Numbered from the stretch's first letter, positions 50,003 through 61,932 are shown. The stretch: 64,000 bases of DNA from Hyphochytrium catenoides (GCA_900088475.1 FLMG01001143.1:25156-89155), one strand, 5' to 3'. Numbers and translations: made by a program. Notes: generated by a model from the sequence alone, not told the origin.

Positions 50003-51352
50003 CTAAAACTGTTCAACGTCAGGTAGTTCGGGAAGAAAAGTGCGTGCAATGCGGCTCGGAGCTGCTTCCCTATCCTTTTCAGCTCTAGGCCTTCCTTTAG
50101 AGAGTCCAAGTGGTGGATTGGCTGGTCGACCAGGGTCGGAAGAAGATCTAAGGCGCTGAAGAATGCTGTCCGCGAAGGCTGCAAGCTCCACGCCATCGTC
50201 TAAGAGCTTCTGAGCACATCGTGCAAGCTCCTTTCGTAGCCGCTTCACATCCTATTTTGATGAAGAGGCAGCCATCAAGGCAAATCGAGACAGATGGCTG
50301 TAAGCAACAGATTGCGGACCTCAAAGAAGCATCATACTAGAAAGCGAGGGTCACAAAATGAGAGATGCAGACCCTCTAACGGATCTCACGAGGCATTGGA
50401 TCGTTGCCTACCTCTTGGCCGGATTTGAGCTCCGCTACGAGAACAGCATCAATCCCGTCTAGCAGGAGCTTCTCAAGTTGTCCTACCAGCTGAGCGAGCT
50501 GGCCCTTCACTGTCGCTACCTCAGGTACTGTCTAGAAGGCGTAAAGATGTCAAGAGAAGAAGACGAAGGGTCCATTAGACAAACGTTGGGCCCATAATTA
50601 CAGAGTAAAGCCGTTCCCTTACGAGCANNNNNNNNNNNNNNNNNTCAGCTTGGCTTTCTCTCTCTCTTCATGCCCGGAGAAAGCAGTGACCTCCTCAGAA
50701 TGTTCGTGGAAGCCCGCAAGCTCTTCCTTGTCCTCTGCTGCCAGTGAGCTTTGAGAGGAGTTCTTGCGATTCATCCGCCACAGGCCTATGCGTAGGATCA
50801 CTTTAGGTCGGCAGCGTAGAAGAGGCTTGGGCAAAAAACAAGAGATACAATCTTGAGTAGCTTTGTAAAGCCTAATAAGAGGAAGATGCAGATGCTGAGA
50901 GTAAGAAGCCAGGAAAGGTTTGAGAAAGGAATGGACTCACCACGTTGTTGCTCCTGAGTAGGAGTAAGCAGTCCCTCAAAGTGGCTGGTCATCTCAGAGA
51001 CACTCTTTCGCTTGTTGATCTCTGGAGTCCTTTGCCTTTGGAAGTCGGGATGCTCAGAAGCACCCGCCGCCACCTCCTGGACCACCTTCTGTGCGGAACG
51101 TGGCCGACGGGCTGTTGGCGGCCCTTTCTCTTCGAAGAACTGCCTACTTTCTAAGGACTTAGTCCTCGGCAAAGGGGCGGGAGGGGGAGGCGAGATCCGG
51201 CCAGTTTTGAAGCTACTTGCTCTTGCTTGAACGCTAACCTCGGCTTCTGAGGAAGTAAGGTGCACATTCTGGACCTGGGTTTCGTCACCCACTTCATTTT
51301 CTATGGCTCTCCTCCTCCTGGCGAGGATTTCTGCTAGTTCTGAGGAGGCCAT
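50003..51352 (-). CDS. Pro-rich protein with C-terminal BAG-like domain
   Basis: Exon 1 reads MASSELAEILARRRRAIE...PPPPAPLP. Later spliced exons give VKGQLAQLVGQLEKLLLDGIDAVLVAELKSGQE|DVKRLRKELARCAQKLLD, resembling BAG helices 2-3. An N gap lies at 50628-50644. Confidence 0.6.
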
Positions 51353-52752
51353 AGTGCTCTAAGCTTATTCTCTACAACTGCATGGATGTCTCTACTTGTC
51401 CCTTTCCCAACTTGATCCCTGCGCCCTTTGAACGTTTCCTATCATCTATCCTACAGGCTCAAGGCCTTAGACGTAGGCAAGCACAGGTTCGAGTGTGTTC
51501 ACTCAGAAAAGACTAGGAGAGGGGCAACAATCGACAGAGGCAGCGAGCTTGAAGGCGGAGAAAGAGACAGCAACAGAGAGACTGAGAGAGAAACCAGTGA
51601 AGACTAACCCATCAAGAATGTTCCAAGAATGAGGGCGAGAGTGAGAAGCCTTCAACATCGTCAAGGCTTGTCTTGCCAAGGCAAAGTCAGAAGCGGATCC
51701 CTGACGAGCTTCATCCCTCATCATCACCCAGATCTGGATCTTAGCAGCAAGGCGACTCTTCTTTGCATAGTAAACAATGGTTTACATCTTACAGGTCTCA
51801 TTCATATATCTCTTGCCTCTTGTTTCTGTTACTATCACTATCTGTGATGGCTCTGTCTCTCTCCCTCTGTCTCTGTCTCGTAGCCCTTTCTTTTATGTAG
51901 ACGGGTAACGGCTTGGAGGGCCTTGGAAGACGTGCGAACAAAGCATCACCAACAGCGGCGGACGCAGAGCTGTCTCATGAGAACTTTGACAGCTTGACGC
52001 TATGGCGATGGCGCGGAGCCGACCTGGGAGAGGAAGAAGCAGAAACGAGCAAGGGCCTTTGGGAGAGAGGAGAGACTGTCAAGGTATTAGGCGCTTGGCA
52101 CCAGGCACTAAACAGTGAGAGAGAGGAGAGAACGGTGAGAGGGAGGAAGAGGAAGCAGGCGACATCAAGAGGTAGTCCTGACGAGGACTGGTGAAGGGCC
52201 TCCTCGATACAGAGTGGGAGCTAGAGCCAACGAGCATGCACTGCGAATCACCGAGTAGTCAAGCCGTATTGTGGGCGACAGAGACATCAGAAGTCTGTTT
52301 ATTTCTTTTGTACTCACCTAGACTACCTTGTTCTCCTGATCCCTATGTCTTTGTTCAATACCATTCTCCTTGTCTGCTTGCCTGTAAGTGCGCGTATGAT
52401 GTCACTCATTTGTCCCCCACTCGGGCTTTCCAGCCAGCACATTTCCCCTGATATCTAACTCTAGCCCTTAGTGGTCTTCATTGCTAACCTCTTGAACACA
52501 TGTCAGGGTGGTTCAGCCATCGAACGTGACAAGCTACTCCTCACCTCACTTGCATCATCAGTGGCAATGCACTGGCCTTCATAAGGCCATAAGGCCATAA
52601 ACGCAAGCATGAAACAGTCTCAAACTACACTTTTATTAGTCCTTCATCATGTTAGCGCTAATCTATGACCTCCGCTATCAAAACCTACCGACTCACACTG
52701 GCCAACATGGGAACTTGACACAATGGATGATGTCCGCCAAAATTCACGTTCT

Positions 52753-53547
52753 TTACAACTCCATCTTGGCAGGTTGTCGCTCTTGCTCTTTCTGCTTCTG
52801 AGACTGTTCTTCGTGCTTCTGTCCTTCCAGCTGCTGCTGGCCCTGCTGCCCTCCTTCCTGTCCCTGCTGCAACTGTTGTTGCTGGAGCTTAGCGAAAGGC
52901 GTGTCCGTCCACTTCTTCTCGAAATCTTGCAACTCATTCTCATTCATATTTGCGAGCCGTTTCTTCTCCACCTCCTCTTTGCCAGGGTACTTCTGATAGA
53001 CCTCTGGGACGGCCTTGTCCCCAATCGCCCGGCGTCTCCATGTCTTTGCCCTTCCAGTAGAGTCCTCATAGTGTTTGAACTCGCGAGTTACAGGCTCGCC
53101 CTTCTCATTCCTGACGGTAGTAGATGAGTAGACATATCTGCTTGAGCGGGTCTTTGGGTGCTGCTCCTTCTGTTCCTCAGCCTTCGGCTTTTCCTCTCCA
53201 GGCGCTGGCTCTGGCTCCGCAGCAGCAGCTTGCTCGCCCTTCAGGGACTTCTGCTCACCCTCCCCTTCTTCGAGCGAAAAGGGATGCTCAATGTCCTTGA
53301 AGAACTCATCATCCTCCACATCCATCCAATCCCTAGCTCTCCTGCTTGGAGCTGGAGTCAGTTCATCAAAGTCCTTAAACACCTCCACCATTTGCCGGGC
53401 GGCCTCTTGGTGCATTCTACTAATGGCGTCATCGATGTCAAAGAAGCTCATCGGCACCATTGCTGGGCGCGGTTCGTAGAAGAATGGGTGATAAAGTGGT
53501 GTGAGACGTGGGAAGAAGTATGAGCGACTTAGAGCCCAGTCTGCCAT
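52753..53547 (-). CDS. Myeloid leukemia factor (MLF)-like protein, intronless
   Basis: Single ORF with a Phe/Met-rich N-terminus, YVYSSTTV, YEDSTGRAKTWRRRAIGDKA and EEVEKKRLANMNENELQDFEKKW, matching the MLF pattern DSxSG...IGDR...EE....N..E.E...F..EW. Gln-rich tail. Confidence 0.65.
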   Translation of the reverse strand: MADWALSRSYFFPRLTPLYHPFFYEPRPAMVPMSFFDIDDAISRMHQEAARQMVEVFKDFDELTPAPSRRARDWMDVEDDEFFKDIEHPFSLEEGEGEQKSLKGEQAAAAEPEPAPGEEKPKAEEQKEQHPKTRSSRYVYSSTTVRNEKGEPVTREFKHYEDSTGRAKTWRRRAIGDKAVPEVYQKYPGKEEVEKKRLANMNENELQDFEKKWTDTPFAKLQQQQLQQGQEGGQQGQQQLEGQKHEEQSQKQKEQERQPAKMEL

Positions 53548-54106
53548 TCTTTTGGAGTTTTGCTTCACCGCTTTCTTGCCTCCTCTGTAAAGGAGTTGTT
53601 GGCTGATTCGGCGCAGAATGGTTGTTGTTCTAGTGCCTAGTGGCTACGCTTTATGCTTTTAGCTTGATTGCCTGATGGTTTGGACGTTTGCGCTGTTTGG
53701 AAACTTCTGAACTGAGATGGAGGTTGGATGACGAATGTAGGAAGGGTTGGCCTATACTTCCTCACCCTTCTCATCCTGCTCTCACTACTCTTTCTGGGCA
53801 ATTCGCAGCCTGCCACGGTTGATGGGCGATTCTCCAAACCTCCTTTTCCTTCCTTCTCTTACAGTTACCCCTGCTCCACTCCGATGCCGCAATGGTTGTA
53901 AGAGAGAGTGATTAACCAGAGAAGCGGCAGGGAACACTTCTAGATCAATCAGCTGCCTTCCACGGCGAACAGTCCTATTCATTGCTTCCTTGTGTAGAGT
54001 AAGCAACTCTTCTTCCTCGTTATTAACCTCTGCCTCTGCCTTGGTCTCTGTCCCAAGGCGCAGGCAGCTGGTTAAGAAATCATCAGCCTGCTGCATGCGA
54101 TGGCCA

Positions 54107-55141
54107 TCAGCCATCAGCATCGAGAGAATCATCAAGTGCACTTCGTAACGCCTCCACAGAGAGCAGCCAAGGCCGCAACAGCAGAGGACGCTGATGTGGG
54201 GGTAAGAAAGAGCGTAGAAAGATGTTGGGAGACAGTTAAGCCCTAGCTAATATTAGAGGGTCAACTCACACACTCCCTCCTATCGAATCTAGAACAACCG
54301 CCCTTTTTCTATCCCTCATTCTGACCAGAACCACCTCCCTAACGTGTGTCAATTCGAGAAGGATCTAGACCTTTCTATAGTAAGTAATAACATATTTTTG
54401 GGCGATGGTTAACCTGTCAATGAGGGTTTTGAAAGGGTCTCCAGCCCCTTCTTCAAATCCAGCTGAAAGATNNNNNNNNNNNNNNNNNNNNNNNNNNNNN
54501 NNNNNNNNNNNNNNNNNNNNNNNNNNNNACCTATAAACTTTCAAATATGAAGTGTTATGGAAATGTTCGCGAAGAAATTTCTTCGTGTGTATCTTTGAAT
54601 CTGTGTGAGTGCGTATTCTCAGTGGGATCACCAAAGTATTGCCTCACAAGGTGACAGGAAGAGAAAGAATTCAACATTGAAGAGGGCGAGACAGAGTGAG
54701 CTAGAGGCAGCGCAAGGGAGAGAGAGAGAGAGAAAGTCTCCAGAATGACGAAGAAGAGTCAAACATCAGGCGAAGTAACCGGTTGCCAGTGAAGACGTAA
54801 GGTGGAGAGCGCATGAAGGAAAGGTCTGGAACAGGAGAACAGAGGCAACTGCTTGGAAAGCAGCTGGATCTTCGACCCTTGAAATGATGGCTAGATGACC
54901 ACCTTGATTAGCTCTAAGCCCATGGTTCACCCGATCGGCTTCCGGGCCAGCAAGGCCCATGATTCGAAGTAGCCATTAGCGGATCAAAGGAGGCAAGCCG
55001 AGCACTGGGATGGCAGAGGTCCTCCCGAAGGGCAGCCCCCACAATATCCCGACAACCCTGGGCAAATAGAGGGAGCGTGGATTGAGGCCCAAAGCGAGAC
55101 GAACATAGAGCCCATAACAACGAGGCCCATAGCAAAGACAA
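54107..55141 (-). CDS. Possible small multi-exon hypothetical protein
   Basis: AG/GT-bounded segments (~54600-54531, ~54460-54371, ~54190-54107) give SKIHTKKFLREHFHNTSYLKVYR...DPFKTLIDRLTIAQKYVITYYRK|RPLLLRPWLLSVEALRSALDDSLDADG*. Interrupted by an N gap; the 5' part is unresolved. Confidence 0.3.
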
Positions 55142-55342
55142 CTAAGGCCTTAGAAATGGTTAAGGGTTAGCTAGCGGTGCTAGATAATAGATACAGTTGT
55201 CAGACATTGTCCGGGAATCGTAACGAGTCGGACTTTTCCAGTACATGCTCTGAGCCGTCGTATTCCCTAACTAAGTCTTGGTTACTCTCAGAGTCTCCTC
55301 TCTCGCTCTCTCTCACTCCTCTCTCTGGTAACATCGCGTTTG

Positions 55343-57435
55343 TCATGCCCTTTGGAAGAAAGCTTCAACTTTCTTGATCTGATTCTGAAGCTTCTCCACG
55401 GTGGCCGAGTCTGCGTTATCATCCAGCCAATCCCTAACCTCAAGCACCTTCTCCTGCACTGAGGTATTTCCTGTCTCCCGTGCCGCGGAAAGGGCGTGGT
55501 AGATGAGCGTCTCCAGCTCATTCTTTGCCTCCATTTTCTTCACTAACTCCTCGTCCTCCTCTTTGAACCGTTCACTCTCGCGCACCATTCTCTCAATCTC
55601 TTCCTCCGTCAATCTCCCTCTATTATTGGTGATGGTTGTAGAAGCTTGCGCCCCGGTGATCTTATCCTTGGCTCCGACATGTAGGATGCCGTTTGCATCA
55701 ATGTCAAAGGTCACCTCAATCTGGGGCTCCCCTCTCTTCGCCCTCTGAATGCCTGAAAATTGGTCCATCGTTAGAAAGGAAGTCGGAAGTGATGAGAGGT
55801 GCCAACAAGAAGCACCACTCGACTCTCTCCTTCTTTAGCGCAGCTCTATTTTGGCCACCTACCTGAAATGGTAAATTCTCCTAGCTTATTATTAGCATCC
55901 ACACAAGCTCTCTCGCCTTCATAGACTACGACATCAACAGCCGTCTGGTAGTCCTCCTCTGTCGTATAGACCTTTGTCTTCCGCACAGGAATCGGTGTGT
56001 TCCTTTTAATGAGCGTGGACATCATCCTTCCTGTCGTCTCAATACCCAGCGACAGTGGTGTCACATCTACAAGAAGGAGCGCACTCGTCGCTTGAGCGGT
56101 TACGCCGCCCAAGATCGCCCCTTGCACTGCTGCGCCGTAGGCCACAGCCTCGTCCGGGTTGATGCTCCTGCAAAGTTCCTTGCCCCCAAAGAAGTCAGAC
56201 AGAAGTTGCTGGACTTTAGGGATACGAGTTGAACCGCCAACGAGTACTACGTCAGAAATGTCTGAGGTTTGCATCTTGGCATCGTTTAATACATTCTTTA
56301 CTGTCTCCAGACAGCGCTCAAAGTGCAGAGCGTTAAGCTGCTCGAATTTGGCTCGAGAAAGAGAGAGATGGAAGTCGAGGCCCTCGATGAGAGAGTCCAC
56401 CTCGATAGTAGCACTGGTGCTGGTGGATAGCATTCGCTTGGCAGACTCTGAGACAGGAGACAATGAGAATGAGCGCAGGGTAAGCTCCTTTTAAGTGGAT
56501 AAGGTTGAAAGACAGCGCAGAAGAATGACGAAAGGCAAGAGTTGTCAACGAATGATGAGAGTCCACACAAGAATGATGCGACCGCCAAAGAGTGGACAAG
56601 GTGGAAGATAGCGGCTTCAAAGTGTTGAGAGATCGAAGCAAATCCCTGACTCATTGAATCCGAAGCGCATTGCGATATCAGTTAGAGCATGTGACAGGAG
56701 GTAGGATAGCAAGGACTCCTACCACATGAAGCTCTCAGTCTTCTCAGTGCTCTAGCGCTCTTGGCGGGGTCTACTCCGTTGTTTTTCCTCTTGAAATCGG
56801 CTATACAATACTCGATGAGACTGTTATCGAAGTCTTCTCCGCCGAGATGAGTATCTCCTCCCGTCGCCTTGACCTCAAAAATTCCCTCGGTTATATTAAG
56901 GATGGAGACATCGAAGGTGCCTCCTCCTAGATCAAAGATGAGGACGTTGGTTGATTTGCCGCTGTCAGCGCCTCCTTTGTCAAGTCCGTAAGCTAGAGCA
57001 GCAGCAGTGGGCTCGTTGATGATGCGCTTTACATCCAGTCCAGAAATAGCGCCTTGCATATAATATCAAGTGACTTTAGGTCTCGAGTACANNNNNNNNN
57101 NNNNNNNNNNNNNNNNNNNNAGAGAGAGGGAGAGGGAGAGAGAGAGAAGGAGAGGAAGCTCACCGGCGTTCTTCGTCGCCTGTCTCTGCTGGTCATTGAA
57201 GTACGCTGGGACGGTCACCACAGCCGATTTGATGGGCTGGCCAAGGAATGCCTCAGCTGTCTCCTTCATCTTGTGCAGGACCATTGCGGAGATTTCTTCG
57301 GGCGAAAACCGACGGGTCTTACCTCTAAACTCTACCTGGAGCGACAGGGCGAGGATGAGGAGAAGAAGGTGAATGAGGAGAGGAATGGAGAGAAGGTGGG
57401 TTTGTATATGGGCAAAAGGGACGAGAAAGACAGAC

Positions 57436-57470
<35 letters not shown>

Positions 57471-58513
57471 AGGGAGAGAGAGAGAGGCAAGCGAGAGAGA
57501 GAGAGACAAGCGAGAGAGAGAGGGGTCATCACATCATGAAGCTGGGAGGAAGAAGGAAAGGCCAGAGGCAGCAGGCACGAAGAGGGACGAGGTAACTATA
57601 GTAGCTTCTGACCTACCTCAATTAGAACCTTGTCTTTGTCTCCCTTCACGATCTTGAAGGGGAAGTGAGCTGCATCTGCCTGCACGACAGGGTCACTGAA
57701 GCTCCTCCCAATGATTCTTTTCACGTCAAAGACGGTGTTAGAGGCATTGGCTGCTGCCTGTTGCTTTGCTGCCTCTCCTATCAGCCGCTCCGTCTCGGTA
57801 AAGGCGACCCAGGACGGTGTAGTCCGATTGCCCTCAGAGTTTGCGATAATTTCAACTGCATTATCTCTCCATACAGCCACACAGGAGTAGGTGGTACCTA
57901 GATCAATCCCGACAATTGGGGAGGAAGTGGAGGACGAGGTAGAAGCTGAGGAGGCGCTGCCGTTGGTTCCGAGATTCGTCTTGGCCATTCCTTCAGAAAG
58001 CTCATCTTCTGCCGCTGACTGCGCGCTTGTGTTGACTCCTTCCGCTTTCTGCAGCGCCGCCTGAGCCTCTTGGAGCCCAGTCATCAGCTGTTTGTTCGTT
58101 GGCTCAATGGCAATGCCCTTTGCGTAAGCCTCAATAGCTAGAGTGTACTCTTTCGCATAGAAGTGTGCAGCTCCGAGACGAGAGAAGCCCTTAGCCCAGG
58201 CCGGGTTCAGCTTTATGCATGATTTCGCATCGTCTATAGCTGCTTTAGCGTTTCCTGCACTGAGATGTGCTGCTGAGCGGTTGCTATGAAAGATGTGATT
58301 GGATGGATCCAATTTAATGGCCTCCGTGAAGCATTGAATGGCCTTTTCATGCTCCCCCGCAGCAAAAAATGTGTTTCCCTTATCCTTTGCCTCGAGAGAC
58401 AGCTTCTTTCTCTCTTCGGTTGGCAGAGCACTGAAGATGTCATTCGGGTCACTGCTCTCAGCCTGGGACTTGGCTGACGACCCACGATTCTTTCTTCTAT
58501 TGCGAGGAGGCAT
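55343..58513 (-). CDS. TPR-Hsp70 fusion protein (N-terminal HOP/STI1-TPR1-like domain plus cytosolic-type Hsp70 lacking EEVD)
   Basis: Exon 1 holds three TPRs ([10 protein letters not shown]..., [20 protein letters not shown]) in frame with [11 protein letters not shown] and [10 protein letters not shown]. Later exons: [75 protein letters not shown]. Ends VEAFFQRA. Confidence 0.95.
57121..57521. repeat. (GA)n microsatellites in TPR-Hsp70 introns
   Basis: Imperfect GA dinucleotide runs flanking the ~57163-57336 exon, adjacent to an N gap. Confidence 0.9.
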
Positions 58514-58660
58514 CTTCTTCGGAGTAACGTTGACTTGGGACTATCTAAGGCAGACCTGAACCTCTCAAGAGCTATGAATGTCTCTCTATAAGCCTCAGAC
58601 TGGGCACTTACGGGCTTCTCCTCTTGACAAATGACCTGCTTGAGAGGGATCTGCGGGCCA

Positions 58661-58675
58661 AGAATCTTCATGAAG
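58661..58675. promoter_or_regulatory. Canonical three-unit heat-shock element
   Basis: aGAAtcTTCatGAAg is a perfect nGAAnnTTCnnGAAn, about 150 bp upstream of the TPR-Hsp70 ATG. Confidence 0.65.
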
Positions 58676-59293
58676 CTCGGTCATCGGTGGGCCCAAACGC
58701 CACAGACTGGGACGAGTTTTCATTGGAGCGCAGCCCGCCACAGCACAATAGCGGAGTCCCTACAGCCCTTAACCATACTTTATCCCTAGCAACAGTTATT
58801 GGAGTCCGCTCTTTTGATTTGACACACCTTTTGGCAGTTGTCAGGCATTAAGCATTCTATAACCCTCACTGGACATTGTCGCGGTGTGTCAGGTGCAGGT
58901 TGAAGCTTCGTATATTGGGTTCTGATGTACGAAGTTAACCGGCTACTTTTCGGCACTCACCACTGTATGTAAGCTCTCTAGCCTCTATGGACGCTTCCTC
59001 TCTCTCTCTCTCTCTCACCTCACTCTGCATCTTCCTGGTCAGTCCCAGTGTTTACTGCTCTTCGCGGCTCAGCCAGAGATCTTGCTCAATGCCAGAGTAT
59101 GGCTCAGTGAGCAAGGGCAGGAGTGTGCCCGCGGTACGGGCTCGTTATAGAGATCTTCGCCATCACGAAGGGAGTTTTAGTGCTTAACTTATAGTCTTGG
59201 GGTTTTCGCAGGCAGACAGCTAACAGCTGAAGAGCGAGATAGCTAACGTTTATAGATATCCATCCTCTCTCTTGACCTCACGTTGATGCCACA

Positions 59294-59538
59294 CTACTCC
59301 TCCTCCTGCAGCATGGACTCCGGCTCATCATCAAGTCCTTTGCGGTCGCCCGTCTTCGACTCAGTCTCTTTGAGATTTTCGTCATTGTCGTCAAGTCCAT
59401 CTGCAGTTCTCTTATCTCCTTCTTCTCCCTCCTCCACCACACCCGCCTTGCCTTCCTTGAGTAGCCTGAACTCTCGGAGCGATACGAAGCCTGGGATAGA
59501 GGGTTACTCAACTGTGTCCGGCTCTCCTCTCTCCCGCG

Positions 59539-59575
<37 letters not shown>

Positions 59576-60076
59576 TATCTCTCTAGCTCTCTCTCCTGTG
59601 TGCTTCTCCGGATACCCTATCCTCATCCCTCCTCGGCCCTTCCTATATTGGCGCTCGCTAGTCCTATCTCACTTAACATCGTCCTACGCGTGCTCTGTTC
59701 CGGCCATTAGTACCGCCCACTTCAGACCCGATCTGGGCTCCGTCGACCCATAAATTGTCTCTCTCCTTTCTGTCTCCTCACAGGGTCTTTGTTTCTTTGG
59801 CTATGCTTCTTTCTTCTTCCCATTTCTACCTCATGTGACCTTCTACCTCTTGCAATAGGACTTACGTTTTCGGACAGGGCTTGCTTCTTGTTGCACCTCC
59901 TCTTGGAACCTATCATGGCTCCAGCTGTCAGGAGAGGGTTCCCTTCTTGTCCTCCAACCCTCTCGTGCCATCCCTATGATGAGAAAGATGAGACGAAGAA
60001 AAGGAGAAAGAGAGGAAGCGAGACACGGAGGGAAGGGGAGAGAAGGACACGGGAAGAGAGAGGAAGAGAGAGAGAG

Positions 60077-60111
<35 letters not shown>

Positions 60112-61505
60112 AAGTGGGCGTCGGGAAGGGAGAAAGGAAAGGAGAAAAATAGAGGCTTGCAGGTGGGTTTAAAGCACTGACCTTCTCCTCCCATGCGATC
60201 ATCGTGCTGCCGTCAGCATTGGATAATAGAAAATACGCCCACGAGCAGAGGACGGAAGAGGGAATGCGGAGGACGGCGAGGGTTGTTAGCACAACAAGAT
60301 GTAGAAGGGTAGGAAAGATCTGCCGAAGACCTAACTGAGCTGAGGAAGTAACTGGACTGGGATATTAAGCTAACACAGATAACCAGTGGCAGCTGGAACG
60401 GAATGAACCCAAGGAGAGAAAGTGTAGGGCCTGCTAGGTGTTTGTATGTGTGTGTGAGAGTGTGGAGAAAGGGAAAGAGAGCGCGAGAGAGAGAGGCGCA
60501 GCTCGCTTACCTCACTATGCAGATTGCGAGAGCTTCGCCTGCCACCGAAGGTTCCGCCTCTTCCTCCAGCTCTTCCTCCTCTTCGATCCATAAAATTGTC
60601 TCTTTCTCCTCTTTCTCTTCTTCCATGGAACTCCTCACGTGGTCTCCTAGCTCCAGGTCTCTCAAAGGAGTCACGACGTTTCCAGTTGCTCCTGTCTGTG
60701 TCTCTTCTTCTGTCAGCCAGTTCTCTCTCTGGCTCTCGCGGTCGCCAGCCTCCAGCATCCCTGTCGGCCCCTCCAACCCTGCGTCTGGTGGAAACAGACA
60801 TAACTGAGAGATGAAAGAACGCAATGTAGAGAGAAAGCAAGGGCAGGGAAAGAGAAGAAGAAAGAATGGAAAGAAAGGTCAAAAAGGGAAACAAAACAAA
60901 GCATAACAATACAGAGGAGAAGTGGCGCCCGTGTTGAATGAGAAAAGGAAGGATAAGAAGAGAGGAGGCTGCACACAAATAGAACAAGAGTGACGAGCCT
61001 GAGAAGCAGGGCACCAATGAATAGACCAGAAAGAGACTCACAAGTTACGTGTCTCAAGCTCCTGTCTCCTTCTTCTGTCCTCTGTGCCATCGAACCGCGC
61101 TTCTCTGAAGCGTCTTCTTTCCTCTCTGCCCTCTCTGTCTTCTGCATATCTCCCTTCTCTCCCTCTTTCATCTACGCTTCTGTCTTTCCCTGCAAAAGAG
61201 CCTCGGCGATGACCGTTTCCCTGATCCTCCTCTTTCCCGAGAACTCGCCCTCTGGTGGCATTGCGATCAGGGCTTTCTGACCTCTTTCTAAACGACTGTC
61301 GTCCACCACTTGCTCTGTTGTCCCTTCTGAACCTAGGGCTCGGACTCCGTTTGGGGCTTCTGCTTTGGCTACGGCTACGGCTTCTATTGCGCCCGCGGCT
61401 TACGCTTCGGCTTCTTTTCTTGCTGTCATTTCTGCGATGGCGACCACTACTTCGTTCTCGGCGAGGAGATCTGCTCCTTGAGGAGCTTGAGCTTCTTCCA
61501 GCCAT
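59294..61505 (-). CDS. Arg/Ser- and RGG-rich putative RNA-processing protein with WSHDRF motif
   Basis: MAGRSSSSSRSRSPRR RS-dipeptide N-terminus; RGG-rich exon; WSHDRFQE (WxHDxF as in Btz/CASC3- or THRAP3-like proteins); final exon RFVSLREFRLLKE...MLQEEE*. Confidence 0.65.
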
Positions 61506-61928
61506 CCCTATATGTATCCACTCTGACAATAGTTGCTTTTTGGACGGTCAAGACAGTGGGCACATCCCCATAGATGGGCAATGATCTCTATCTGACATTC
61601 ATAGTCTGTCAAGAGCCAGCGGGTTCCCTCGCTGCTCCTGTCCTCCGATGGCTCCATAGCTCACAGCAAGAGCAAAGGCCAGAACCTCTGTCTGAATGAA
61701 GATCTGGAAGAGCATTCTGGAGATCATCAAAATGTGCGGAGGGCCAGCTCTGATTTTCAAACGATTTAGTTATCGGGCCTGAGAATCAGTAACAGCTCAC
61801 TTATGATTACTTTATTCAACGTTAAGAGAGAAATTTCCGCACTCCGGACAAGAACTAGAAAGGCTCAAGGCAAAGGAGTAGGAGGGATCTTGGGAAAAGG
61901 TAGTTTCTCTTCCTCTCTCTCGCTCTTT

Positions 61929-61932
<4 letters not shown>

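Noticed and set aside
51470-51500. GGTTCGAG T-loop-like motif suggesting a tRNA
   Set aside because: No cloverleaf; the T-stem and acceptor stem do not pair.
52580-52600. Short tandem repeat (CATAAGGC) x2.5
   Set aside because: Too short to imply function; no spacers, so not CRISPR-like.
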